DNA from: Gammaproteobacteria bacterium
GTDB taxonomy: Bacteria > Pseudomonadota > Gammaproteobacteria > G965209235
Direction: 5' to 3'
Length of the DNA: 64,000 nt
Assembly: GCA_965209235.1 (NCBI GenBank)
Contig: OZ242382.1
Location: 10,613-74,612 of the forward strand
Part shown: piece by piece, positions 27,964-38,162 of the stretch
Layout of the letters: each line of letters opens with the position of its first letter
Numbering within the stretch: the first letter of the stretch is position 1
Notes under the pieces: generated by a model
Databases searched by the model: none
What the model was told of the DNA's origin: nothing
The model's input: only the letters and a program-made list of their open reading frames with translations
Translations under genes and position numbers: made by a program

Positions 27964-29088
27964 CTAGTCGGGGCGGTTGAGAGAGAGGCCAATCAAGAAC
28001 GAGGCTGACACCATGAATGTCCCTCCTCGCGACGCCATAAAAACCGGTTGTCCGGTGACCGGCATCCATCCATAGTTGACAAGAATGTGAATGACCGCTG
28101 GCACCGCAATGAGCATTGCTGCTCCGGTCGCGACAACGGCACGCCATTCATCGCGCACATCACGGTCGCCCATGCTACGAGAGACGAGCACAAACACCAG
28201 TAGCGCGACAAGTGATTGTATGAGCGCCGCCCAAGCTGTTCCCCAATTCCGGTGCGCCGCGGCCAGCATGAAGTCAGAGTCAGCATCAGGGATACTCGCT
28301 TTTCTGCGTCCTTCTTCCAATCCCAGACCACTCAGCCCGCCAGCGTCGATCGCCTCGCTAGCTTTTGTGGCTTGAAATGACGGCACTGCATCTTGAGAAG
28401 TAAAGGCCTCTAGACGGCGCTGGACGTGTGCATCTGCATAGTCGCTCATGATGAAAGCCACACAAGCCACCAACAGGGCAACCGCACTCGGAACCACCCA
28501 CTTCCAAGGTGGGTCGGCCATCATGACAGTGAAACCAATCACGGCCATCAAGACGAGCGCTCCCGACGTGTCTGGCTGCAACGCCGTCAAGACTGCGATG
28601 ATGATTGACATGACGCCCACACTCAACCATCGAAACAGACAGGTATCGTCGCGCCGTTGTTGTCGCAGCCCTTGCCGCGAAAGCGCCAACATGGCAATGG
28701 CAAAAATCATGGCCAGCTTGGCCAATTCACTTGGCTGCACGCTCACGCCGGCCCCGGGAATGGCGATCCAGCGGAATGCTCCCTTCGTGCTCGTCCCGGC
28801 AATAAACGGCGCCAGCGCCAGTGCAAGACTGATCCCAAGTGCAACCCAAAACCAGAAAGTGCGGGTCAACCACGGCCGCGGTATCCGCCAACCGACTATC
28901 AGTGCGACCCCCGCAATGGCGTAGTACAAGAGCAACTTGAAGCCTGGCGCCGTGACGCTGGCCTGAGACGCGATGCCGTACTGCGTCGCAAACCCGACCA
29001 CCGCCAAGCTGCCCAAGACCGCAAGTAACGTACGGTCCCAGTACGCCCAGCGCGGAATAGCGATCACAGTGCGCCTCGTTCCATCCAT
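27964..29088 (-). CDS. ftsW: SEDS peptidoglycan glycosyltransferase FtsW (divergent)
   Basis: GA.RWI, QPSELAKL, QPD, PDADSDF (catalytic Asp position), PVTG..S.GG; lies between murD and murG. Confidence 0.85.
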   Translation of the reverse strand: MDGTRRTVIAIPRWAYWDRTLLAVLGSLAVVGFATQYGIASQASVTAPGFKLLLYYAIAGVALIVGWRIPRPWLTRTFWFWVALGISLALALAPFIAGTSTKGAFRWIAIPGAGVSVQPSELAKLAMIFAIAMLALSRQGLRQQRRDDTCLFRWLSVGVMSIIIAVLTALQPDTSGALVLMAVIGFTVMMADPPWKWVVPSAVALLVACVAFIMSDYADAHVQRRLEAFTSQDAVPSFQATKASEAIDAGGLSGLGLEEGRRKASIPDADSDFMLAAAHRNWGTAWAALIQSLVALLVFVLVSRSMGDRDVRDEWRAVVATGAAMLIAVPAVIHILVNYGWMPVTGQPVFMASRGGTFMVSASFLIGLSLNRPD

Positions 29089-30302
29089 TGGACAAATTGC
29101 CGACCTCGCTCAGCGAAATCTGAAAACTCATCCTGGCTCGCTCCCCCTGGAGACAACACGATATTTCGCTTCGTATCGATGGCGCGCGTCCTCACCGAAT
29201 GCGCAGCACCGCGCAGCGAATCAAATCGGGTGATCGGGAAATGGTGCTCCTGCGCCATCTGTTCTAGCGACTCACCGCTTTCACCAAAACACACCACTTC
29301 GCACCCATAGGCGCACAAACGCCGCATTAAAGACACATCGGGCAATTGCTTCCAGCGTCCCCCAAGCAACCAAATGGGCGGAATAGCATCGCTCTGTTCA
29401 ATGGCCCGTAACCTCTGCTCGACGGCAGCAACATTGGTCGCTTTGGAGTCGTCAATGACGTGAAAATCGGCCATGGAGTGTGTTTGACCGCGATGAGGCA
29501 ACCCCCGCCACGCGCGCGCGACCTGATCCACATAGTGATGGGGTACTCCCATGACCGTCGCAACGGCCGACGCGACCGCACCTGGCGTTTCGAGGCGCGC
29601 AGCTACCGCGCATGGATGACCGTCTTCAGGCATGGTTCTGAGATCGCGCTCATTAAAGATCGCCCGAGACGAACATCGATGAAGGCCTCGTTTTGTTTTT
29701 GCATAGTGATCCATCGTGCCATGGACATCCAGATGATCCTCCTGAACGTTGAGTACAACAGACACCTCACACGCAAAAGGCGCCTGCGTTTCCAGCTGAA
29801 AGCTCGACAGCTCCACCACCGCCCACTCCGGGCGCAGTGAGAAAGCGGACAGTATCGGATATCCATAGTTACCGCACTCAACTACAGCTGCGCGCGGTTG
29901 ATACGCTCGGAGAACAGCGGCAATAAAAGACACGGCTGATGACTTGCCGTTTGTTCCCGTCACAGCGATGACATGTCGGGGAGCGGGCATCCATGCTGAC
30001 GCGAGGTCAAGAATTCCAAGCACCGTTCGTTGTTGCGCCGTCACCGACTGTACGAGCTGATGCCTCATTGACAGACCAGGTGACTTCACAATGAGAGAGC
30101 AATCACCAAGTTCGCCCACATCGCTGACTCCAGTCTGCACAGACAGGTTCGGAAAGACATCGCGCGCCAGCGGGAGAAGCGGTGGGTGCTCCCGAGTGTC
30201 CACACAACGGACAGTCATTCCGCGCACCATTGCAAAGCGCGCGGCGTCCATCGTCTCCTCGCCGAGACCGAGCAACAACAGTTGAGGAAGTGCTGACTTC
30301 AA
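29064..30302 (-). CDS. murD: UDP-MurNAc-L-Ala--D-Glu ligase
   Basis: TGTNGKS, ELSSFQLE, LNVQEDHLD.H, DDSKATN, SPGGASQDEF..F.ERG. Likely start TTG 30302 (TTGA overlap with the mraY stop). Confidence 0.93.
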   Translation of the reverse strand: MKSALPQLLLLGLGEETMDAARFAMVRGMTVRCVDTREHPPLLPLARDVFPNLSVQTGVSDVGELGDCSLIVKSPGLSMRHQLVQSVTAQQRTVLGILDLASAWMPAPRHVIAVTGTNGKSSAVSFIAAVLRAYQPRAAVVECGNYGYPILSAFSLRPEWAVVELSSFQLETQAPFACEVSVVLNVQEDHLDVHGTMDHYAKTKRGLHRCSSRAIFNERDLRTMPEDGHPCAVAARLETPGAVASAVATVMGVPHHYVDQVARAWRGLPHRGQTHSMADFHVIDDSKATNVAAVEQRLRAIEQSDAIPPIWLLGGRWKQLPDVSLMRRLCAYGCEVVCFGESGESLEQMAQEHHFPITRFDSLRGAAHSVRTRAIDTKRNIVLSPGGASQDEFSDFAERGRQFVQWMERGAL

Positions 30303-31273
30303 GACGCAATACTCCAGGCCGCAAGCAAGCAGCCTGCAACCGTCAAGATCCACAGGCGAGCCACCAACCGCGGCTCGGGTACGCCGCCAAGCTCCCAGTG
30401 ATGATGAATCGGCGCCATGCGAAGCACACGTTTCTTATTGCGTAACTTGTACGAACCCACTTGGGCAATCACTGACAGCGCTTCGATCACAAATAACACG
30501 CCAGCAATCGGAAGAAGGAACACTGCGCCTTGCAAGATCGCCGTTGTGGCAACCATGCCACCAAGAAAAAACGATCCGCTGTCACCCATGAAAACACGCG
30601 CGGGATGAGCATTGACACAGACAAACGCGAGGCAACCACCCGCGGCCCCAGCTGAAATCACCGCGACATCACCATGCGCAAAACTCAGCGATAAGGGAAG
30701 AAGAGCGGCTGCAAAGAACACGACGGCACACGCCCCTCCCGCCAGTCCATCCATACCGTCGGAGAGATTGACGGCATTGGTTGTCCCGACGATCACGACC
30801 ACACCAATCGCACCTACAACCAGCGCGCCCAACGAGATGGATCCCAGCCACGGAACAGCCTGAAGTGTTGGCAGTCCACCAGGCGCAAACGCCAATCCCG
30901 CCATGAACGCAACGCCAATGAGTATGAGACCAAGCATTTTGTAGCGCGGCTTAAGACCGTCGTGCGACCGACCAATGAGCTTCAGAGCATCATCGAGTCC
31001 GCCAAGCCCCCCGCAAGCCATCCCAACAGCAAGGACAGCCCAACCACGCCAACTCAGTGCAGACGCATGGACTGCCGCACTCGCGAGTGCGCCCATCATG
31101 ATGATGACACCCCCCATCGTTGGTGTACCCGCGCGGTCGTAGTGACTTTTGGGACCGACTTGACGGATCTGTTGCCCAATCCGCAAACGCTGGATTGTTT
31201 TGATCGTGACGTTGGAGACCAACAGACCCGCAAGCAGCCCGACCAGCGTGGCTGTGGCAATGGTTCCCGTCAT
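30299..31273 (-). CDS. mraY: Phospho-MurNAc-pentapeptide transferase
   Basis: GTPTMGG, LDD..K, NAVNLSDGMDGL, VFMGDSGS, MAPIHHHWE. Confidence 0.96.
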   Translation of the reverse strand: MTGTIATATLVGLLAGLLVSNVTIKTIQRLRIGQQIRQVGPKSHYDRAGTPTMGGVIIMMGALASAAVHASALSWRGWAVLAVGMACGGLGGLDDALKLIGRSHDGLKPRYKMLGLILIGVAFMAGLAFAPGGLPTLQAVPWLGSISLGALVVGAIGVVVIVGTTNAVNLSDGMDGLAGGACAVVFFAAALLPLSLSFAHGDVAVISAGAAGGCLAFVCVNAHPARVFMGDSGSFFLGGMVATTAILQGAVFLLPIAGVLFVIEALSVIAQVGSYKLRNKKRVLRMAPIHHHWELGGVPEPRLVARLWILTVAGCLLAAWSIAS

Positions 31274-32634
31274 GATGGCCGTTTCACCAAAGCATCCACG
31301 ACCTGATCAAGACCGGTGGCCCGAGACCCCTTGACCAGAATCGCGCCGCACTCTCGCGCCTGTTCAGTGGCCACACGGGCGGCTTGTTCAACAGTGACCT
31401 CAAGCCACGTGCCACCACATCGCGAGAACACCTGCCCCATTTCTCTCGCCAGCGATCCCACTGTGAGTACCGCGTCTATACCCAAATCAGCAGCTTCACG
31501 TCCCATCTGTTTGTGCCACTCAACACTCGATGGACCCAGCTCCAACATGTCTCCCACAATCGCCACCTTCGGTGTCTGTTCTTTGGCGAATCGTTCAAGC
31601 GCTGACCGCAACGAGACGGGATTGCTGTTGTAACTATCGTCAATCACAATCGCACCTGTATCGCGAAACCGGCGTTGGAAGCGTCTGGGCTCCATGTCGG
31701 CCAGCGCAATATCGCGCGCACATTGAGGGAGCGCCTCTCCTGCCAGAACAGCCGCCGCCAGCGCAGCCGCCCAGTTTCCCGCCTCAATGGCGTCACTTGG
31801 CACGACCGGAAGCTCCGCACTTTCGCCCCCCACGGACACCGTCGCTGTCTCCCGGTCGACGTGAGAAAAGGCCGCTTGATCACTGGCAAAGGTCTGGACG
31901 CCGTCAATGCAGAGTTCTCGGGCCAACGCTAGCAGTGTCGGATCCGCCTGCGGCAACAACGCAGCGATGTGAGATGGGAGAAGTCCTTTTGATTGCTCCG
32001 CGAGGCGCAGCTTCTCGCGCCTCACCGTCTGAATACTTCCCAATCCTTCGAGATGCGCCGCGCCGACATTGACCACGATGGCAAGGTCGGGTCTGACAGC
32101 ACGCGCCAGCTCAGACATATCCCCGCGCTCACTAATTCCCACTTCGCAAACGAGTGCCGCCGCGTGTTCAGGGGTGTTGAGCAGCGTTAATGCGACACCT
32201 AGTCGATTGTTGTAGCTGCGTTTTGATGCGCAAACAAGTCCTTTTGATCGCAAGGCTGCCGCGATCAGCTGCCGCACGGTCGTCTTGCCAGCTGAGCCGG
32301 TGACGCCAATGACTGGGCAGCTCAGTGTTGAGCGATACCAAGAAGCGATGGCAATGAGCGCGTCTCCCACATCATCGACAGCAATCAGTGTCATCCCGTG
32401 GGAGATGGTCGGGTTATCGGTGATCTGTGACCGGCAAACAAGAGCAACAACGGCGCCGCTGCTTCGTGCGTGAGACAGGTAACCGTGACCATCTGTACGC
32501 TGACCTGGCAGCGCTGCAAACATCACGCCATCCGCAACATCACGACTATCATGCGCGACGCCGGACCACGTGACGTTCGGTCCATGCACCTCGCACGCGT
32601 CGAGGACGGCGGCGCATTGCGCAACGGTGGGCAT
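31270..32634 (-). CDS. murF: UDP-MurNAc-tripeptide--D-Ala-D-Ala ligase
   Basis: DSR, TGSAGKTT, YNN.LG, AHLEG, DDSYNSNP, GDMLELG, VKGSR. Confidence 0.94.
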   Translation of the reverse strand: MPTVAQCAAVLDACEVHGPNVTWSGVAHDSRDVADGVMFAALPGQRTDGHGYLSHARSSGAVVALVCRSQITDNPTISHGMTLIAVDDVGDALIAIASWYRSTLSCPVIGVTGSAGKTTVRQLIAAALRSKGLVCASKRSYNNRLGVALTLLNTPEHAAALVCEVGISERGDMSELARAVRPDLAIVVNVGAAHLEGLGSIQTVRREKLRLAEQSKGLLPSHIAALLPQADPTLLALARELCIDGVQTFASDQAAFSHVDRETATVSVGGESAELPVVPSDAIEAGNWAAALAAAVLAGEALPQCARDIALADMEPRRFQRRFRDTGAIVIDDSYNSNPVSLRSALERFAKEQTPKVAIVGDMLELGPSSVEWHKQMGREAADLGIDAVLTVGSLAREMGQVFSRCGGTWLEVTVEQAARVATEQARECGAILVKGSRATGLDQVVDALVKRPS

Positions 32635-34169
32635 TAGCGAGCTCTCGCTGCCAGCGCCCGTGATGCGACATCCGCATCATGCAGCGGAACAAGCTTCGGT
32701 TCCCCGCGATCGAGCCATTTCTCCATTCCACGTCCGAGTATCAACACCACATCACCAGGGTGAGCACTGGCCACAGCAGCTTCAATGGCACGCTGTCGAT
32801 CCAAAATGAGCCGTACATCACCTCCCTTTCGTCTCACAGACTGTGCCATGACATTGGCAATGGCCGCTCGATCTTCCGTTCGTGAATTGTCTTCAGTCAC
32901 AATCAATACATCCGCTTGACCACAAACTCGACCCAACCCCTGACGTCTCGCGATCGGCCGACAGCCCCCGCCTCCGACAACGCACACAAGGCGCCCACCT
33001 AATTGTGGTTTCCACTCAGACATCACCTGCCAGGCAGCACCGCCGGTGTGGGCATCATCAATCACGATGGTCACATCGTCAGCTCGAAGAACTTGCGCAC
33101 GCCCAGGTGGCGGCGGGACGTTTGATAGGGCTGCGACCGCATCCGACGCATTCACGCCTTGTGACCAAAGCGCTCCCACTGATAGCGCAAAGCTCGCGAC
33201 TGACAGACGACCACTCGTGCGCACGAGTGCTTCACAGACTTCGCTGCCAACACGCAAGCGCACACAGGAACCTGTCGCGTTATCAGCAATGCTCTCAATC
33301 ACAACATCAGCACTTTGGTGATGAGTGCTACGAACACCAGGAAGCAGTGGTATTTGCGACTTCACTCGCACCACTTGTGCTCCCGATGCGATCGCTCGGG
33401 ACGCCATGCGCGGTGCGTATCGGCACGGCGACCATATCACGGCCGAACGCAAACCATAGGCCGCCCACAGCTGTGCTTTGGCCTCGACGTATGCACCCAT
33501 CGTTCGATGCAGATCAAGGTGATCCCGGCGTATCCCCGTAAAAACACCACACTGCACCGTGACATCGGCCATTCGACGCTCCAACAGCGCTTGGGAGCTC
33601 ACTTCCGCCGATAACCACCAAGACTGCCCGGCCTGAGCATCAAAATCAGATAACAATCGAGGCCACGCGGCGCGCGTGGGTGTGGTTTCCGTCGCTGTTC
33701 GCAATGTTTGTCCAATCAATCCCACACCTAACCCGCCAACCATTGCGCTGGGGTTTCCCATCTCATGCAAGGCATGCCCACACATCCACATCACAGTTGA
33801 CTTACCGTTGGTGCCTGTCACCGCAATGGTGCGATAGGGATGGCGCGGGGTGCGGTACACGTGGCGCGTCATCTCATGAGCCATCTTCGAGAGATGAGGA
33901 GACACAAGGCACGGCAATGTGGTACAGGCACCCTGACGGTCAGTCACAACCGCAACCGCTCCATTACGTTGGGCCTGATCCAGTGCGCGATCTGTTATGC
34001 GGTGAGATGCACCGACAAGCACAAGCACATCACCCGGCCGCACGTGCGCGGAATGGTGCGCGATTCCCGAAAACTCACGAGGCGGCGGATGAGACCAAGA
34101 GTGCACCCCACACAACGCCTCAATAATCCCGCACGGATACGCTCGGGATCGTGGCTCACTGCTCGGCAC
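32634..34169 (-). CDS. murE: UDP-MurNAc-dipeptide--meso-DAP ligase (divergent)
   Basis: TGTNGKST, TTP, EVSS, RDHLD.H, D.AHT, DNSR (for DNPR), GRG.E (for GKGHE). Confidence 0.88.
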   Translation of the reverse strand: MPSSEPRSRAYPCGIIEALCGVHSWSHPPPREFSGIAHHSAHVRPGDVLVLVGASHRITDRALDQAQRNGAVAVVTDRQGACTTLPCLVSPHLSKMAHEMTRHVYRTPRHPYRTIAVTGTNGKSTVMWMCGHALHEMGNPSAMVGGLGVGLIGQTLRTATETTPTRAAWPRLLSDFDAQAGQSWWLSAEVSSQALLERRMADVTVQCGVFTGIRRDHLDLHRTMGAYVEAKAQLWAAYGLRSAVIWSPCRYAPRMASRAIASGAQVVRVKSQIPLLPGVRSTHHQSADVVIESIADNATGSCVRLRVGSEVCEALVRTSGRLSVASFALSVGALWSQGVNASDAVAALSNVPPPPGRAQVLRADDVTIVIDDAHTGGAAWQVMSEWKPQLGGRLVCVVGGGGCRPIARRQGLGRVCGQADVLIVTEDNSRTEDRAAIANVMAQSVRRKGGDVRLILDRQRAIEAAVASAHPGDVVLILGRGMEKWLDRGEPKLVPLHDADVASRALAARAR

Positions 34170-36027
34170 TGGCGACGCTAAACGTCGGCACTAAGCCATA
34201 ACGCGCCACAAGTGCCTTTGAGATATCTCGAAAAATGGGACCCGCCACTAGCTGTGCATCGGAAACTGTGGATGCTGGAACGCACTCAACCGCAATGGCA
34301 ACCGCAAAGCGCGGTTGATGCACCGGAAAGAACCCAGCGATTAGAACGTGTTGAATGTGCTTTGGAACGCGCTTGCCAGCCGGCGGCTCGATGTTGCAAT
34401 GACGGCGAATAAGCTTTTCAGACAGATACCGGTCATCCTCATCACCGTCCTCTGCCACCGCGATCTGAACCGTTCCGGTCTTCGCAGCGATCTCAAATCC
34501 TGGAAGATCTGCGCGATCCCCCGTGCCTCCGATAACAACGGAACGCATCCAACGGGTCACCGTTTCGACATTGTCTTCTGACGCAATATGCGAGAGACAA
34601 GGTTGTGCCGGGATTGGCGCTCCCTTAGAACGGCTTGTGGTGGAAGCGTCCAGTCCCAGCAAAATCGGAGCCAGTGCTTTGTAGCACCCCTTACGAGCGA
34701 GTGCCGCGTAGGCGTTAACTAAGTGAACAAGCGGAATAAGCTTGCCGTGCCCATAAGACAGCCTCACGAACTCTCGCTTGGTGGATCCCGTGGATGGCAG
34801 CGAGCATTTGGCACGACCGCGAATATGCTCTTGGCTACAGATGCCCGCTTTGAGCAGCAGATCCGTAAATGGTGCGCCTCGGCGCTCGCCAACCTCCGCG
34901 TCACCATAAATCCGCTCTGCCAGAGCGATGGCAACGTCCTGAGATGAAATCTGCAGCGCTTTACGGAGAGAGATGAACTCGGGTTCAGAGGGTTTATGAG
35001 ATGTGTGATGAAACTGGTCTGACGGCTTCGTCACCTTTGATTCCAGCGCGGACAGATAAAGAAATGGTTTCATCGTTGACGCCGGTTCAAGTGCTGAGTC
35101 CATCGGGCGATTCACCTGAAAATCCGTAGATTCTCCGGAGTTTAAGCTCCAACCAGGCACAGATACACTGGCAATAACGCTCGACGTGGGAATGTCTACG
35201 ACGACCGCTTGCGCTGCTAATCCGAGCGACCGTTTTAATCCTCGTTTAAGCGCGTGATACGTCACGCATGAGACGGGCGCATCAAGCGTTGTCCACGCCA
35301 CGTGATGACGATCTAATCCCCACTGTAGCGTAGCTGTGTCCGCACGATCTGGCTGAACGAGATTCTGTAAATCCCATTCCATTTGCGTGAGAATCCATCG
35401 CGACTCATCTTGGAGTGGTGCGCGTCCAATGATCGTTCCGAGACATGATCCTTGCGGCGAGTACCGCTCGCGCACAAAACGAATATCAAGAGCGCGCCAG
35501 ATGCGGGTGGACCCGGCATCGCGATGTAACTGAGGTAAGGCGGCAAGCTCCATAGGGTCATCCGTGAGCGCAAACCACTTTTGCCCGCTCTCCCAAGCAG
35601 AGTGAGCCGCTTGACGCAACTGCTCGGTGTCACCGTAGTCTTGCAGTTCCATCACCCATGAGCTGTCGTTGACTAACTCGACGAGTGGGTCGACAGCAGG
35701 TTCATCTGTTTTCGCTTCTTCGCACCCTAACCCCAAGAGGTCGCATTGCGGATCATCCCCGAAAACGGATCGAGCTCTTTGTCGAATGTGGTCAAACGCC
35801 GACATGTCACGCTCGCTGGCCAACGCATCGGCCTCAGTCTGCCGGATACCGTACACGGCTTCCAGATCAAGCACGAGTGTGAATGAAGTTCGATCGACAG
35901 CGATGGGTGTTCCAGTGCGATCAACAATAGTTGGCCGGATGCCTTCCAGAGGGACAGGAATCTTCGGTGCGGCTTGAGCAGCGAACGTCAAAAGACATAC
36001 CACCGCACCAACAGTTGTCTTGTACAC
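34156..36027 (-). CDS. ftsI: Class B penicillin-binding protein FtsI/PBP3 (divergent)
   Basis: R.TIVDRTG.PIA, R.Y, TTLD, EPASTMK (SxxK), SSQ, SYGHG, AKTGT; position before murE; GAGGT RBS. Confidence 0.82.
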   Translation of the reverse strand: MYKTTVGAVVCLLTFAAQAAPKIPVPLEGIRPTIVDRTGTPIAVDRTSFTLVLDLEAVYGIRQTEADALASERDMSAFDHIRQRARSVFGDDPQCDLLGLGCEEAKTDEPAVDPLVELVNDSSWVMELQDYGDTEQLRQAAHSAWESGQKWFALTDDPMELAALPQLHRDAGSTRIWRALDIRFVRERYSPQGSCLGTIIGRAPLQDESRWILTQMEWDLQNLVQPDRADTATLQWGLDRHHVAWTTLDAPVSCVTYHALKRGLKRSLGLAAQAVVVDIPTSSVIASVSVPGWSLNSGESTDFQVNRPMDSALEPASTMKPFLYLSALESKVTKPSDQFHHTSHKPSEPEFISLRKALQISSQDVAIALAERIYGDAEVGERRGAPFTDLLLKAGICSQEHIRGRAKCSLPSTGSTKREFVRLSYGHGKLIPLVHLVNAYAALARKGCYKALAPILLGLDASTTSRSKGAPIPAQPCLSHIASEDNVETVTRWMRSVVIGGTGDRADLPGFEIAAKTGTVQIAVAEDGDEDDRYLSEKLIRRHCNIEPPAGKRVPKHIQHVLIAGFFPVHQPRFAVAIAVECVPASTVSDAQLVAGPIFRDISKALVARYGLVPTFSVASAEQ

Positions 36028-36031
36028 AGTC

Positions 36032-36472
36032 TTACCTCATTGCGTGAGTTCGCGACGTCGCGTCGAGTTGTTCACTCACCGCTTCGCCAATCGTTTGAGC
36101 TGCTGTCACGGCGTGTGGCTCATCAATGGCAAAAATCGTGCCCGCGATGATGGCTTCGAGATTGATTGCCTTACGCTGCATAACAGGCAGAGGATCGTTC
36201 ACAGCAATCCCAGCCGGATCACAAAAAACGGACGCACTCGGCACCCGTCCAGTGTTATCCGCATCTCCCCTCAATGTCTTTTCACAACCCGCTAGTTGGG
36301 ATCTCTCAGTGCTCAGATTGACGTCAACCACATGAAACCCAAGCATGGCGACACTGAGAGTGGCATTAATAACCCAAAGAGATCGCGTCAGTCTGCGCGG
36401 GTTGATCACGCGTCGCTGGACTGTCTCGCGAGGATCACGACGTTCCCAAGAATGATTTGGAGGTCTATACAT
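36032..36472 (-). CDS. Single-TM protein in the ftsL slot (possible divergent FtsL)
   Basis: Arg-rich N-terminus, one hydrophobic segment, short possible coiled coil; directly upstream of ftsI. Confidence 0.4.
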   Translation of the reverse strand: MYRPPNHSWERRDPRETVQRRVINPRRLTRSLWVINATLSVAMLGFHVVDVNLSTERSQLAGCEKTLRGDADNTGRVPSASVFCDPAGIAVNDPLPVMQRKAINLEAIIAGTIFAIDEPHAVTAAQTIGEAVSEQLDATSRTHAMR

Positions 36473-36475
36473 GTG

Positions 36476-37045
36476 TCAGGCCGCCTCCCGCGGATACTCA
36501 TGACATGGTGACTGCCAAAGATGCTCACACAGCGCCTTGCGCGTGGGCTCTGAACACAGTGGCAGAAGAGAGTGCCCTGCATCTTCTGGCGGAGCAAACA
36601 TGACTTTTGTAAACGTCTCAAGACCCCACAAGGAGATCACTGAACGCTCTAAGGAGACATGCAAATTGCGAGGCTGCGCATCACTCATGGCTAAGTGAAA
36701 ACGATGAATCTGCGGAATAACAAGCGTCGCTCCGGATGTTTCCAACCGAACTGCCAGTACTTGCACGGTATTCAGTCGCAACAAGATCTCTCGATCGCCG
36801 CGCAGTGACTGATCGGCCGCTTCTCGGACAGCGTTGTAGGAGCGATCAAAGTGTTCGCGACTCATGACGTTGACGCAAGGCAGAGACGGATCCAAGCACA
36901 CAGCTAATTCGCCTGTGTTGTCGCCGCCAAACCAGTTTGACGAGACATAACGACGCACTTCAATCGGAAGAGTAAGACGTCCCTTGGGGTCTAACACGAC
37001 GACTTGGGACTGCGCGTGCATGCCATTCGTAGTGGGGGCAGTCAT
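36476..37045 (-). CDS. mraZ: MraZ-like transcriptional regulator (divergent)
   Basis: LDPKGRLTLP first AbrB repeat; second repeat degenerate (LETSGATLVIP); first gene after rnpB. Likely start ATG 37045. Confidence 0.72.
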   Translation of the reverse strand: MTAPTTNGMHAQSQVVVLDPKGRLTLPIEVRRYVSSNWFGGDNTGELAVCLDPSLPCVNVMSREHFDRSYNAVREAADQSLRGDREILLRLNTVQVLAVRLETSGATLVIPQIHRFHLAMSDAQPRNLHVSLERSVISLWGLETFTKVMFAPPEDAGHSLLPLCSEPTRKALCEHLWQSPCHEYPREAA

Positions 37046-37158
37046 GTGCTTGCGCCAACATCGAGGCGAACGCAAGACTTTACATCATTTGCACATTCTG
37101 GCGCAAGTCTCTGACATTTTGGTTCATTATTGAAGCATTCTCCAACAATTCCCTTGGT

Positions 37159-37502
<344 letters not shown>

Positions 37503-37544
37503 AAACGGGATTGTAAGGCGCCAATAGCGCACGAACCCATTTCC

Positions 37545-38162
37545 TTAGAGCGTCAGTCTCGTGGCTTCGGTCACAATCTCTGCGCGAACCGCTTCAGCGG
37601 CGCAAGCACCCCGGAAAACGGTTGTACGAGTACGACATCTTGATTCTTTGACACCGCGTAGCCGCATACAAAAGTGCTCGGCATCCAGAACAATACCGAC
37701 GCCATCGCAAGCCACGGCGCGTTCCAGCGCATTTGCGATTTCCAGAGTCAATCCCTCTTGAACCGTGAGCTTCGCAGCACAGGCTTTGACAATACGCGAC
37801 AGCTTGGACAGCCCAACGATCTCTCCTTTTGGATGATAGCCAATCGTGGCTGATCCGACGATGGGTAGCATGTGGTGCTCGCACCAGCTGAGTACCTCAA
37901 TGCCCCGCACCACGACCGTGCCGCTGTACTCATCCTTAAATGCGGTGACTTCAACAGTCTCCGCGCCCGCTTCGTAGCCGGTAAAGAACTCATCGTACGC
38001 GCGAACAACACGAGCTGGCGTCTCTAGCAAGCTTGATCGTGTGGGGTCGTCGCCAATGTAACGAATAAGCGTGCGTACCGCTTCTTCTGCGTCAGCCCGC
38101 GTTGGCCGCGAGTCGCGGACTGGAGCTTCTAACGGCTTGACAGCACCACGAACGTCCGTCAC
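37545..38162 (-). CDS. folE: GTP cyclohydrolase I
   Basis: L.ETP.RV, S.CEHH.LP, GLSKL.R, QE.LT, H.CM..RG. Confidence 0.94.
   Translation of the reverse strand: MTDVRGAVKPLEAPVRDSRPTRADAEEAVRTLIRYIGDDPTRSSLLETPARVVRAYDEFFTGYEAGAETVEVTAFKDEYSGTVVVRGIEVLSWCEHHMLPIVGSATIGYHPKGEIVGLSKLSRIVKACAAKLTVQEGLTLEIANALERAVACDGVGIVLDAEHFCMRLRGVKESRCRTRTTVFRGACAAEAVRAEIVTEATRLTL

Noticed and set aside
32634-33100. MurE DNPR changed to DNSR as a sign of an altered stem peptide
   Set aside because: The recalled meso-DAP contacts (Arg of GGxR, D-N-x-R, Gly and Glu of GxGxE) are all kept; only neighbouring residues drift, so meso-DAP use remains most likely.
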